Source of the DNA: Faecalibaculum rodentium
GTDB lineage: Bacteria; Bacillota_I; Bacilli_A; Erysipelotrichales; Erysipelotrichaceae
Length of the DNA stretch: 32,000 nt
Direction: 5' to 3'
Assembly: GCF_001564455.1 (NCBI RefSeq)
Contig: NZ_CP011391.1
Span: forward strand, 1,530,001-1,562,000
The position numbers and the translations under genes are program-made. The notes beneath the pieces were generated by a model that ran no database searches, was not told the origin of the DNA, and saw nothing but the letters and a program-made list of their open reading frames with translations. Of the stretch, positions 24,523-32,000 are shown one piece after another (positions within the stretch are counted from its first letter, which is position 1; each line of letters starts with the position of its first letter).

Positions 24523-25911
24523 ATGAAGCAGAAAAGCAGAAAGGACAGACAGTCCGGGTCTGCGCAGCTGACAGCGCGCAGACTGTTTGAAGGCGGTCTG
24601 GTCCTGCTGACAGTCCTTGGCATCGTCATCGGCGGCAATGCGTTCAGGGAACACCGGAGAGTGGTCGGGGCCAGAGAGCAGGCAGTGGCAGCCGCCACAG
24701 ACCTGATCGCAACCACATATGTCTCCAGGGCCGGGGTTGAAGACACGCTGGCAGAACAGGCGCTGGCCCTGGAATGGCCGGAAGACACTGTGGACTGGGC
24801 CATGGAACAGCTGGCAGAAACAGACTGGACCGCAGAAGCCCTGGAAGCAGCTCTGGCACAGGGCACAGAAGAGGACATATCAGAGAAGGCGCTGGAAAAC
24901 CGCCTGATGCAGCTGCAATTCACGACTGCAGAGACAGAAGCCGCATTGTCAGGTTTGTCCGGCCGGTTTGACTATGATGCCCGTGCTGTCAGTTCCCTGA
25001 AGCACTGTGCAGAGGACCTGGATGGCAGTCTGTCCCGACGTGATGGCCGCAGCCATCTGGAACACGCCTTGTTTACAGAATCTCAGGTGCAGATGGCGCT
25101 GGACTCTGATGCGGTCAACTGGCAGACTGCAGCAGAAAAACAGGCCGGGGAACTGTTGCAGGATCCCCTGTCCCGCAAGGGACTGGAGGCCGGTCTTTCA
25201 CAGGCGGAATTCACCACACAGGAAATCCGACAGGCTGTGGATGCGGTGGATCCGGATTTCGCACTGAACTGCACCCGGTATCTGCGAACAGCCGATCCGG
25301 GCAATTGCCGGTCTCTTGTTCGGCTCAGGGAGGCTGCGCAAAGCCGGCAGTTTGAAGAACCGCAGATTGCGAAAGCACTGGAGTCCAGGGACTTCCGCTA
25401 CAATGCGGTGCGTCTGGCCAGGCAGCTGACTGCCAGCTGCAGCGAGGCCATGAGCAAAGAGGATCTGTCCAGGGAACTGAAAGATGCAGAGTTCACGGAC
25501 GAGGAACAGGCATTTGTCCTGAAGTACTACGATGAATCCACCGGTGAAATGCCCGGAGAATCCGCCATCAGAGACAAAATCCGGCAGGAGGAAGAGGCGA
25601 AGAAAAAAGCCGAAGAGCAACGGAAAAAGGCTGAAGAAGAGGAGAAAAAGAAAGCGGAAGAAAAAGCCAGGAAAAAAGCGGAAGAAGAACAGCGAAGGGC
25701 ACAGGAAGCCGCACAGAAGGCAGCCGAAGAAGCGGCAGCTGCTGCCCAGGCACCATCCACGCCGCAGACAGACGCCGCAACTGTCTGGATCCCGCGTACA
25801 GGCAGCAAGTACCATTCAAACCCGAACTGCTCCAACATGAAAAGTCCCTCGGCAGGGACCTTCGACCAGGCCATGGCCTGGGGATATGACCGCTGCAAAA
25901 AGTGCTGGTGA
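24523..25911 (+). CDS. membrane-anchored protein with about six Ltp-like (host cell surface-exposed lipoprotein family) helical repeats, a Lys/Glu coiled coil and a C-terminal His/Cys motif
   Basis: The TM segment is LFEGGLVLLTVLGIVIGG. The recurring units are LQFTTAETEAALSGL, ALFTESQVQMALDSDAVNWQTAAEKQA, AEFTTQEIRQAVDAVD, RQFEEPQIAKALES and AEFTDEEQAFVLKYY. A KKAEE-rich stretch follows. The protein ends GSKYHSNPNCSNM...GYDRCKKCW. AAGGGAG lies 9 nt before the ATG. Confidence 0.8.
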   Translation: MKQKSRKDRQSGSAQLTARRLFEGGLVLLTVLGIVIGGNAFREHRRVVGAREQAVAAATDLIATTYVSRAGVEDTLAEQALALEWPEDTVDWAMEQLAETDWTAEALEAALAQGTEEDISEKALENRLMQLQFTTAETEAALSGLSGRFDYDARAVSSLKHCAEDLDGSLSRRDGRSHLEHALFTESQVQMALDSDAVNWQTAAEKQAGELLQDPLSRKGLEAGLSQAEFTTQEIRQAVDAVDPDFALNCTRYLRTADPGNCRSLVRLREAAQSRQFEEPQIAKALESRDFRYNAVRLARQLTASCSEAMSKEDLSRELKDAEFTDEEQAFVLKYYDESTGEMPGESAIRDKIRQEEEAKKKAEEQRKKAEEEEKKKAEEKARKKAEEEQRRAQEAAQKAAEEAAAAAQAPSTPQTDAATVWIPRTGSKYHSNPNCSNMKSPSAGTFDQAMAWGYDRCKKCW

Positions 25912-25945
25912 GTCTATCAGGAAGTGAAGTTTTTGTGACAGTCCA

Positions 25946-25983
25946 GGCAGAATGACTCCGGATCCCGGTCTTCTGCCTTTTTT
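25946..25983 (+). terminator. terminator after the Ltp-repeat gene
   Basis: GGCAGAA (25946-25952) pairs with TTCTGCC (25971-25977), followed by T6. Confidence 0.55.
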
Positions 25984-26027
25984 GTGTTCCGGGACAACCT
26001 GCGTGCATCCGGACGCTGCTGGCGGGT

Positions 26028-26057
26028 ACAAAAAAGGCCGGGTGAGCAATCCGGCCT
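26028..26057 (-). terminator. terminator after nagB
   Basis: AGGCCGG pairs with CCGGCCT (7-bp stem). On the minus strand it is followed by TTTTTGT. Confidence 0.65.
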
Positions 26058-26091
26058 CTTCGTGTTTTGTGTCTGATGGTCTGGCAGCAGC

Positions 26092-26808
26092 CTACTTTGT
26101 CAGCTTGCTGGCGGCTTCCTTGTCCAGGATCACCGTGACCTTCGGGTGCTTCTGCAGAATGGAAGCAGGGCACTCTTCGGTGACTTCGCCTTCGATCATG
26201 GCCTTTACGGCATCCGCCTTGCCGGCACCGTTGGCAATCAGCAGGATGCTGTCTGCATCCATGACGGTGCCGATGCCCTGGCTGATGGCGTGTGTCGGGA
26301 CCTTCGTGATGTCGTTGTCGAAGAACCGCTTGTTGGCTTCCCGTGTACTTTCGGTAAGCTCCACGATGTGGGTGCGTGCATCAAAGGGTGTGCCGGGTTC
26401 GTTGAAGCCGATGTGGCCGTTGTTGCCGATGCCCAGCAGCTGGATGTCCACGCCCTTGACTTCGTCGTCGTAGGCTTTCGCATCCTCGGCTGTATCGCCA
26501 TAGGGAACGTGCGTGTTCGCCGGATCAATGTCTATGCCCGAGAACAGGTTTTCGTTCATGAATGTCCAGTAGGACTGCGGATCGTTCCGGTCCAGGCCCA
26601 CATACTCATCCAGGTTGTAGGTCTTCACATCCTTGTAGCTGGTTCCGTTTTCCTTGTGGTCCTTCACCATTTCCTGGTACAGTCCCACGGGGCTGGATCC
26701 TGTCGCAAGGCCGAGTACGGCCGCCGGTTTTTCATCGATCACTTTTTTCATGACCTTGAACGCGGCTTTTGACAGATCGTCGTAGGTATCGCAAATCAAA
26801 ACTTCCAT
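26092..26808 (-). CDS. nagB: glucosamine-6-phosphate deaminase
   Basis: Motifs are LGLATGSSPVGLY, YNLDEYVGL and LLGIGNNGHIGFNEPG. AGGAGG precedes the ATG. Confidence 0.93.
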   Translation of the reverse strand: MEVLICDTYDDLSKAAFKVMKKVIDEKPAAVLGLATGSSPVGLYQEMVKDHKENGTSYKDVKTYNLDEYVGLDRNDPQSYWTFMNENLFSGIDIDPANTHVPYGDTAEDAKAYDDEVKGVDIQLLGIGNNGHIGFNEPGTPFDARTHIVELTESTREANKRFFDNDITKVPTHAISQGIGTVMDADSILLIANGAGKADAVKAMIEGEVTEECPASILQKHPKVTVILDKEAASKLTK

Positions 26809-26872
26809 TGTTTGAATCCTCCTGTAAAGCTACAAACAGTATATCATTCTTACTTTTGAGAAGGTACCGGAA

Positions 26873-26890
26873 AGGCGCCTTCCGGCGCCT
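26873..26890 (-). terminator. short GC hairpin between EIIB and nagB (possible attenuator or processing site)
   Basis: AGGCGCC pairs with GGCGCCT (7 bp) around a 4-nt loop. Only UUU follows on the minus strand. Confidence 0.3.
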
Positions 26891-26930
26891 GGGGAAGCGG
26901 TTACATATACAGATGAACCGCCACTGTTTC

Positions 26931-27413
26931 TTATTTTGTCAGAGCGTCCGCGTTTTCCTGCGCAGCCCGGGGTACCCGCTGAATGAAGAGCTCTGCCCCG
27001 GCGTCCTTCATCTGCCGGAACAGGTCCCTGTCTGTGTCATCCACAGCCACGGTCGTGGCGATCTGGTGCTTGCCTTCTGCCATGTGCATGTTTCCGACAT
27101 TGATTTTCTTCACAGCCGGGGATTTGTCCATCAGGCGCTTTGCATCGAGCGCGTCCGCCACGATGATGAATACCTTTCCATCCGGTCCGATTTCGTCGAG
27201 CACGGTGTTGATCTCATCCACCGGCACATAGCGTGTCTTCACTGCGGCAGGAGCGGCCATGTTCATGAGCTCCTGGCGGAAGGTGTCTGCAGCGGCTTCG
27301 TCATTGGCGACGATGAGCGTATTGGCCTGGAGTTCCTTGGCCCACTGTGTGGCGACCTGGCCGTGAATCAGGCGGTTGTCGATCCGTGTCAGCAGAATCT
27401 CGGGTGTTGTCAT
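26931..27413 (-). CDS. PTS mannose/fructose/sorbose-family EIIB component (stand-alone)
   Basis: The LLTRIDNRLIHGQVATQW phospho-His motif, INVGNMH and the 160-aa length fit the family. AGGAGG precedes the ATG. Confidence 0.9.
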   Translation of the reverse strand: MTTPEILLTRIDNRLIHGQVATQWAKELQANTLIVANDEAAADTFRQELMNMAAPAAVKTRYVPVDEINTVLDEIGPDGKVFIIVADALDAKRLMDKSPAVKKINVGNMHMAEGKHQIATTVAVDDTDRDLFRQMKDAGAELFIQRVPRAAQENADALTK

Positions 27414-27496
27414 TTGATTGTCCTCCTTGCATGAATGTATTGTGCATGATCAGCTTCATCATACAACGTTGAGGCGTTCTTTTCCCTATTTTTCTC

Positions 27497-27525
27497 TTTA
27501 CACAAATTAAACGCCCGTTTATACT
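27497..27525 (+). promoter_or_regulatory. candidate promoter of the AraC-family gene (TTTACA-17-TATACT)
   Basis: TTTACA (27497-27502), 17-nt spacer, TATACT (27520-27525), in an AT-rich divergent intergenic region. Confidence 0.45.
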
Positions 27526-27553
27526 TTTCAACATAGGCACGAAGGAGAATTGA

Positions 27554-28702
27554 ATGCTCAACAGAACAACAAGTTACCCCTTTCAGGCATATGGCGATGT
27601 CCTGTATCAGATGCCACCGGCCAATGCAGACATGGCAGAAAGCACCCATTCCATTCACAACAAAGACTTTGACACGTCCTTCATCAGCACGGAACCTGTA
27701 TATCTGGAGTGTCCGGAGGGGATTGCCCTTCTGGCGGTTTCCGTGGACGGCATGTCGTTCGAAGAATTTGTGATGGCCCGCACCGTGAAGCTGAAAGCCG
27801 GTGTCCACTTCAATGTGATTTCCATTTCCGGCAAGGCGAAGATCCGGATCCGATATGTCCCGCAGACCATGGGCAGTCACCCCATGGAGACCAGTGTCAG
27901 CTACGATCCCATCATTTCCAGGCTGAATCTGAAGGAGATCCTGTCCAGCTACTACCAGATCCGGAAAGGATCCTATCAGTCGGGGCGGGAGAAAAACAGT
28001 TTCTACGAACTGATTTACGTGGATCACGGCGAGATGGATGTCACGGTGGACGACGAAACCTATCATATGCAGAAATATGACCTGATGCTGTATCACCCCG
28101 GGCAGAAACACAGTCTGGAGACCACGGAAGACAGTTCCTGTTCCTATATGTCCATCGCCTTCACCATGGATACCGGCATCAAGGGGAACCTGAAAAACCG
28201 GGTGTTTCATACACGGAAAGACCTGTACCAGACGCTGACCAGGTTCATGAAGGCGATCCAGGAAGACACGCCGCTGAACATGGAACTGGCCATGCTGCAC
28301 CTGAAGGAGGTCCTGATCCTTCTCTATCAGTTTGACGGAGAGGAAAAGCCCGCCGGGCAGGAAACAACCCTTCAGTCGCATTACGATGACACGATGCTCA
28401 ACGAGATCCTGGTCTTCATCCACAACAACGTGTATGCCAGCTACACGGTGGAAGACCTGTGCCAAAAGTTTTCCATCTCCCGCTCCAGCCTCCAGGCCCT
28501 CTTCCGCGCCAATCTGGGCATGACACCCAAGCAGTACATCTCGGAACTGAAGCTGAATGAAGCCAAGAAGCTGATTTCGCAGCACGAGCATACCATTTCG
28601 CAGGTCAGCGACCTTCTGGGATTCACCAGCATCCATTACTTCTCCCGCCGCTTCAAATCCTATTTCGGCATTGCCCCCAGTGAATACGCCAGGGAGCACT
28701 GA
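27554..28702 (+). CDS. AraC-family transcriptional regulator
   Basis: A C-terminal double HTH is present (VEDLCQKFSISRSSLQALFRANLGMTPKQYISELKLNEAKKLI...ISQVSDLLGFTSIHYFSRRFKSYFGIAPSEY). The N-terminal part is cupin-like (YVDHGEMDVTVDDETY). GAAGGAG precedes the ATG. Confidence 0.88.
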   Translation: MLNRTTSYPFQAYGDVLYQMPPANADMAESTHSIHNKDFDTSFISTEPVYLECPEGIALLAVSVDGMSFEEFVMARTVKLKAGVHFNVISISGKAKIRIRYVPQTMGSHPMETSVSYDPIISRLNLKEILSSYYQIRKGSYQSGREKNSFYELIYVDHGEMDVTVDDETYHMQKYDLMLYHPGQKHSLETTEDSSCSYMSIAFTMDTGIKGNLKNRVFHTRKDLYQTLTRFMKAIQEDTPLNMELAMLHLKEVLILLYQFDGEEKPAGQETTLQSHYDDTMLNEILVFIHNNVYASYTVEDLCQKFSISRSSLQALFRANLGMTPKQYISELKLNEAKKLISQHEHTISQVSDLLGFTSIHYFSRRFKSYFGIAPSEYAREH

Positions 28703-28728
28703 GAGAAACAGAACAAGGGAATGCAGAC

Positions 28729-28772
28729 AAGCCCCCTGCAGGACACAGTCTCTGTGCACCTGCAGGGGGCTT
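28729..28772. terminator. long perfect hairpin between convergent genes (terminator-like, no clear U tract)
   Basis: AAGCCCCCTGCAGG pairs with CCTGCAGGGGGCTT (14 bp), with an inner CACAG/CTGTG stem. Confidence 0.5.
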
Positions 28773-28807
28773 GCTGCATAAGTCCTCAGCCTGTCCAGGA
28801 TACCCGG

Positions 28808-29680
28808 TCAGAGTCGGGCAGCTCCACTCTCTGCCGGCTCAAAGAGACCCAGGGATTCAAAGGCCTTGTACAGTCCGTCGTCGTTGACATCCGCTGTCAC
28901 CAGATCGGCTGCTGCCTTGATTTCAGGGCCGCCGTTGCCCATGGCCACATTGTATGCACACAGCTCGAACATGGAGAGGTCGATTTTTGCGTCGCCAAAG
29001 GAAATGGTGTCCGCGGCATCGGCCCCCAGGTGAGTCAGAAGCACCTCGATGGCATGTTTCTTGGTGATTCCCTCGGGTCCCAGATCTCCATACAATGCAT
29101 GTTCTCCCTTGCCGCCCCAGGTGTTGGCAATCAGGTCCGGAAACCGGGTGGCGGAATCCAGGTGGTCCTGGTAGGCCGAGAGAATGAAGCTGATTTTGTT
29201 CACATCATCCCGTCCCATGTCCTCATACGGGAGGTGAATCATCTGTGAGAGAAACTGCGAGGAGCTGTCTTTGGCCTGGGAGAGATCGGCGCCTTTTCCC
29301 ATGGTATATTTCACCATTGCCTCGGGACCCTGGACGATCATGTTGTCGTCACAGAACATCCCGGCATTGCTCTCGAGGTACAACCCCAGTCCCCGCTTTC
29401 TGCACCAGTCCACAATATCCCGGGTCTGCTGCGCCGTAAGGCCCTGGTGCATGACGACCTGTCCGTCATCCTCCACATAGGCACCGTTGCCGCCAATCAT
29501 GCCGTCCAGTGCCGGAAGATCCCGCTGCAGAATTTCCGCCTTGGAGCACCCTGTGCAGATATATACTTTGTGTCCTGCTTCCCTGGCTTTCCTGACTGCT
29601 TCCTTTGCGCTGTCCGGACACTTTGCCTCGTAGTCGATCAGGGTGCCGTCCACATCCAGAAACACAATTTTCCGTTTCAT
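28808..29680 (-). CDS. Cof-type HAD-IIB family hydrolase (sugar phosphatase-like)
   Basis: Motifs are FLDVDGTL (DxD), CTGC, KKHAIEVL, FGDAKIDLSMF and AMGNG. Confidence 0.88.
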   Translation of the reverse strand: MKRKIVFLDVDGTLIDYEAKCPDSAKEAVRKAREAGHKVYICTGCSKAEILQRDLPALDGMIGGNGAYVEDDGQVVMHQGLTAQQTRDIVDWCRKRGLGLYLESNAGMFCDDNMIVQGPEAMVKYTMGKGADLSQAKDSSSQFLSQMIHLPYEDMGRDDVNKISFILSAYQDHLDSATRFPDLIANTWGGKGEHALYGDLGPEGITKKHAIEVLLTHLGADAADTISFGDAKIDLSMFELCAYNVAMGNGGPEIKAAADLVTADVNDDGLYKAFESLGLFEPAESGAARL

Positions 29681-29845
29681 GATCTTTCCTCTCTTTCTTC
29701 TGCTTTCCTCCCGGATCCTGCCCGGGAGGCAATCTTATCGTACCCTTGCAGCATCTGGCGCATAACGCTTCCGTGTTCCTTCCTTTCGGGACTGATTCCG
29801 CCCGCTGAAGGAACACCGTGCCCAGTGACGTCAGTCTGCAGGATG

Positions 29846-29887
29846 CAAAACAGGACGGCAGTCCGGTAGAGTGCCGGGGCTGCCGCC
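29846..29887 (-). terminator. candidate terminator after the GH1 gene
   Basis: Minus strand GGCGGCAG pairs with CUGCCGUC (8 bp, one G.U pair), followed by CUGUUUUG. Confidence 0.45.
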
Positions 29888-29957
29888 CTGTGTCTGGCTT
29901 CAGGCTGTCGGACAGTCTTTCCGCCTGTGTCTTTTCTCAGACCCGGCTGCAGTCCAT

Positions 29958-31379
29958 TCAGTCGGTCAGGTCTTCTCCGTTGGATTCGATGACTTTCTTG
30001 TACCACCAGCCGGAATCCTTGATCTGGCGCTCCATGGTGCCCAGGTCAAAGTCTTCCCGGTCCACATAGATGAAGCCATAGCGCTTGCGCATGCCTTCAT
30101 GTGTGGAAATCAGGTCAATGGCGCTCCAGGGGTTGTAGCCCAGCATTTCGGCGCCATCGGTGATGGCTTCCTGAATCTGTTCGATGTGACGGCGCAGGTA
30201 TTCGATCCGGTAGGGATCGTGGACCTTACCGTCTTCGCCCACCTTGTCATAGGCGCCCAGTCCGTTTTCCGTCACCAGCATCGGCAGGTCATAGCGCGAA
30301 TCCATTTCGCGGATCGTCGCCCGGAAGCCGACGGGATCGATTTCCCAGCCAAACTCCGTCTGCTGCAGGTTGGGGTTGCGGTAGGACTTGTACATGCCGG
30401 CCACACCGCCGCCATTCTGCTGATCGCCGCCGAAGGGGCTTTCTTCCACGCTTCCGTCATCGGCCTCCACTGTGCCGGTATTGTAGTAGTTGAAGCCGAT
30501 GAAATCCGGGTGGCCGTTTTTCAGGGCTTCCTCATCGCCCGGTGCGAAGGTCGGGCAGGCATCGTTCTGTTTCAGCCACGCCCAGACAATGGAGTTGTAG
30601 CGGCCGTATACCGCTGCATCCAGGTACAGCCAGTTGCGGACTGCGTTGAAATTCTGCGCCGCGATGACATCCTCGGGCTTGCATGTGGCGGGATATACCA
30701 GGGAAATGTTCGGAGCCGGACCGATCTTGGCATTCGGCAGCATTTCGTGACACAGCACCATGGCCTTGCTCTGGGCCACGAGCATGTGGTGGTTCTGCTG
30801 GTAGATTTCCTTCAGGACATTTTCCGTGCCTTCCGGAATCGTCAGGGTGCCGATCACCGGACCCACCAGTGTCAGCATGTTCTGTTCGTTGATCGTCAGC
30901 CAGTATTTGACGCGGTCGCCGAAGCTTTCGTACAGCACCATGGCGTAGTTCACAAACCATTCCACCGACTCGGGGTTGCCCCAGGATCCACGGGCATCCA
31001 GCGCTGCCGGCATGTCAAAGTGGAACATCGTCACGATCGGCTCGATGCCGTACTTCAGGCATTCATTGATGACGTTGTTGTAGAACTCGATGCCCTTCTG
31101 GTTGATCTCGCCTGTGCCTTCCGGCAGGATGCGTGTCCAGGCAATGGAGAACCGGTAGGACTTGAAGCCCATGTCCGCCATCAGCTTGATGTCTTCCTTG
31201 TAATGGTGATAGTGATCGGCACATACAGTCAGGTCGGAGGTGCCTTCCGGCACTTCCTTTACATCCTGACAGGACGGGCCTTTGCCGTCTTCCAGACTGG
31301 CGCCTTCCACCTGATAGGCGGATGTGGAGGCTCCCCAGAAAAAGTCTTCGGGGAACGGTGCAAGTTTGCGTTCTTTCAT
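29958..31379 (-). CDS. bglA: glycoside hydrolase family 1, 6-phospho-beta-glucosidase
   Basis: Motifs are FPEDFFWGASTSAYQVEG, acid/base WLTINEQN and nucleophile VTENGLG. It is adjacent to a PTS EIIC gene. GAGGAG lies 8 nt before the ATG. Confidence 0.9.
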   Translation of the reverse strand: MKERKLAPFPEDFFWGASTSAYQVEGASLEDGKGPSCQDVKEVPEGTSDLTVCADHYHHYKEDIKLMADMGFKSYRFSIAWTRILPEGTGEINQKGIEFYNNVINECLKYGIEPIVTMFHFDMPAALDARGSWGNPESVEWFVNYAMVLYESFGDRVKYWLTINEQNMLTLVGPVIGTLTIPEGTENVLKEIYQQNHHMLVAQSKAMVLCHEMLPNAKIGPAPNISLVYPATCKPEDVIAAQNFNAVRNWLYLDAAVYGRYNSIVWAWLKQNDACPTFAPGDEEALKNGHPDFIGFNYYNTGTVEADDGSVEESPFGGDQQNGGGVAGMYKSYRNPNLQQTEFGWEIDPVGFRATIREMDSRYDLPMLVTENGLGAYDKVGEDGKVHDPYRIEYLRRHIEQIQEAITDGAEMLGYNPWSAIDLISTHEGMRKRYGFIYVDREDFDLGTMERQIKDSGWWYKKVIESNGEDLTD

Positions 31380-31451
31380 TTCAATGTCTCCTCATACTTG
31401 TGTTGTACTGATGAATCTGCCGGCCAGGATGACCGGACATCCAAAGAAATA

Positions 31452-31492
31452 GCGGCAGGTCAGCAGGCATTCTGCCAGCCGATGCCTGCCGC
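31452..31492 (-). terminator. intercistronic stem-loop between EIIC and GH1 genes (partial terminator or mRNA stabiliser)
   Basis: GCGGCAGG pairs with CCTGCCGC as the outer stem, with an alternative inner CAGGCAT/ATGCCTG stem. On the minus strand it is followed by UAUUUCUUU. Confidence 0.4.
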
Positions 31493-31506
31493 AGTGCATA
31501 TCAGGA

Positions 31507-32000
31507 TTATGCTGTTTCAGCCTGCGCTTCCGCTTCCGCCATTTCCTTTTCCTGTTTGACAAGCGACTTGTCATAGGCTTTCAGGAAAGGCCAGTAAATC
31601 AGGAAGGCAAATGTCACCGTGATCAGCGCCAGCAGTCCACCCATGAGGTTGGCTGTGCCAATGAAGCCGCCCAGCAGAGCAGGTGTCGGCCAGGGAACGT
31701 TGGCAATGACTGGCGGGAACATGCCGGAGTGAATGGCGAAGTAGGCAATCACGGAGGACAGGGACGGAGCCAGGATGAAGGGAATGATCAGGTTCGGGTT
31801 ATAGATGATGGGCACACCGAAGACCAGCGGCTCGTTGATGTTGAACAGGGCCGGACCAATGGATGCCTTGCCCAGTACGGACAGCTGTTCGGATTTCGCG
31901 CAGAAGCACATCCAGATACACATGCCCAGAGTCGCGCCGGAACCGCCGCAGACAACGTACATGTTCTGGAATTCACCGGCAAAGGTCGTGTATTCGCCGG
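31507..32000 (-). CDS. celB: PTS lactose/cellobiose-family EIIC component, C-terminal part (gene continues past the right window edge)
   Basis: Motifs are LGKASIGPALFNINEPLVFGVPIIYNPNLIIPFILAP. The frame stays open upstream of the track's first Met (GEYTTFAGEFQN-MYVV...) to nt 32000. Confidence 0.88.
   Translation of the reverse strand, partial: GEYTTFAGEFQNMYVVCGGSGATLGMCIWMCFCAKSEQLSVLGKASIGPALFNINEPLVFGVPIIYNPNLIIPFILAPSLSSVIAYFAIHSGMFPPVIANVPWPTPALLGGFIGTANLMGGLLALITVTFAFLIYWPFLKAYDKSLVKQEKEMAEAEAQAETA

Noticed and set aside
23887-24654. A 255-aa minus-strand ORF spanning the sortase 5' end and the divergent intergenic region. The 278-aa version of the sortase ORF starting at 24407 is a related case.
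   Set aside because: It crosses a promoter region and the start of the plus-strand Ltp-repeat gene, and its sequence is Arg/Pro/Cys-rich nonsense. The sortase homology starts at MKDMKKW (24329).
27410-28759. A 449-aa minus-strand ORF covering the whole AraC gene.
   Set aside because: The plus-strand reading gives a canonical AraC double HTH with a good RBS and promoter. The minus-strand product is Val/His/Gly/Leu/Gln-rich with no motif, and it would overlap the EIIB start.
31452-31500. ACUGCGGCAGGCA resembles the ACUGC...GCAGGCA core of BglG/LicT RAT antiterminator targets and overlaps a terminator arm.
   Set aside because: The would-be top stem (CUGC/GCAG) has only a 1-nt loop, so it cannot fold like a RAT. 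The flanking GGAUUGUU/AAAACC arms are missing and no PRD antiterminator gene is in the window. Lac/cellobiose-family PTS operons are usually controlled by activators instead.
29871-31559. A 562-aa plus-strand ORF antisense to the GH1 gene. Similar antisense ORFs are 19240..20187, 20885..21808, 21640..22620, 22341..23534, 13955..14683, 14619..15845 and 16100..17077.
   Set aside because: All lie opposite genes with clear catalytic motifs (GH1, YloV, FtsQ, MurB, MurG, ROK, Tam, patatin) and show the same shadow-ORF composition. This is a genome-wide consequence of high GC3, not overlapping genes.

Overview
This is a GC-rich chromosomal segment with the gene content of a Gram-positive (Bacillota-type) bacterium. 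It is almost fully coding and mostly housekeeping.

Gene content, left to right:
- A divergent aconitase / citrate synthase pair, plus a convergent eukaryote-type NADP isocitrate dehydrogenase (the oxidative TCA branch).
- A complete ~1.9-kb class-C-like group II intron with an RT/maturase ORF and a recognisable 5' GUGUG, domain V and domain VI. It sits directly behind the intrinsic terminator of a frameshifted alpha/beta-hydrolase gene.
- Two small unknown ORFs, one of them a CxxC...CxxC zinc ribbon.
- A 622-aa protein of unknown function with histone-H1-like Lys/Ala tails, four ~45-aa tandem repeats and an unrecognised C-terminal domain.
- htrA and ldh.
- An MglC-type ABC sugar permease that has lost its C-terminal TM segments and all transporter partners. 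It reads in frame into a membrane-anchored Listeria-Bacteroides (Flg_new) repeat.
- A metallophosphoesterase, a ROK kinase, a Tam-like methyltransferase, a patatin-like lipase and the 2H phosphoesterase ThpR.
- yloV-asp23, then the block sortase B-murG-murB-ftsQ.
- An Ltp-repeat membrane protein.
- nagB with an orphan mannose-family PTS EIIB and a divergent AraC regulator.
- A Cof-type HAD hydrolase, a GH1 6-phospho-beta-glucosidase and the 3' part of a cellobiose-type PTS EIIC.

I found no rRNA, tRNA, CRISPR array, transposase or recognisable multi-gene defence island. The many long ORFs antisense to real genes look like GC-driven shadow ORFs. I do not see a convincing novel multi-gene system.

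The items most worth follow-up are:
- the terminator-targeted intron, whose RT reading frame runs through the catalytic domain V;
- the 622-aa repeat-protein operon;
- the chimeric permease;
- a 425-bp gap holding a perfect 16-bp inverted repeat and a 42-codon hydrophobic ORF.
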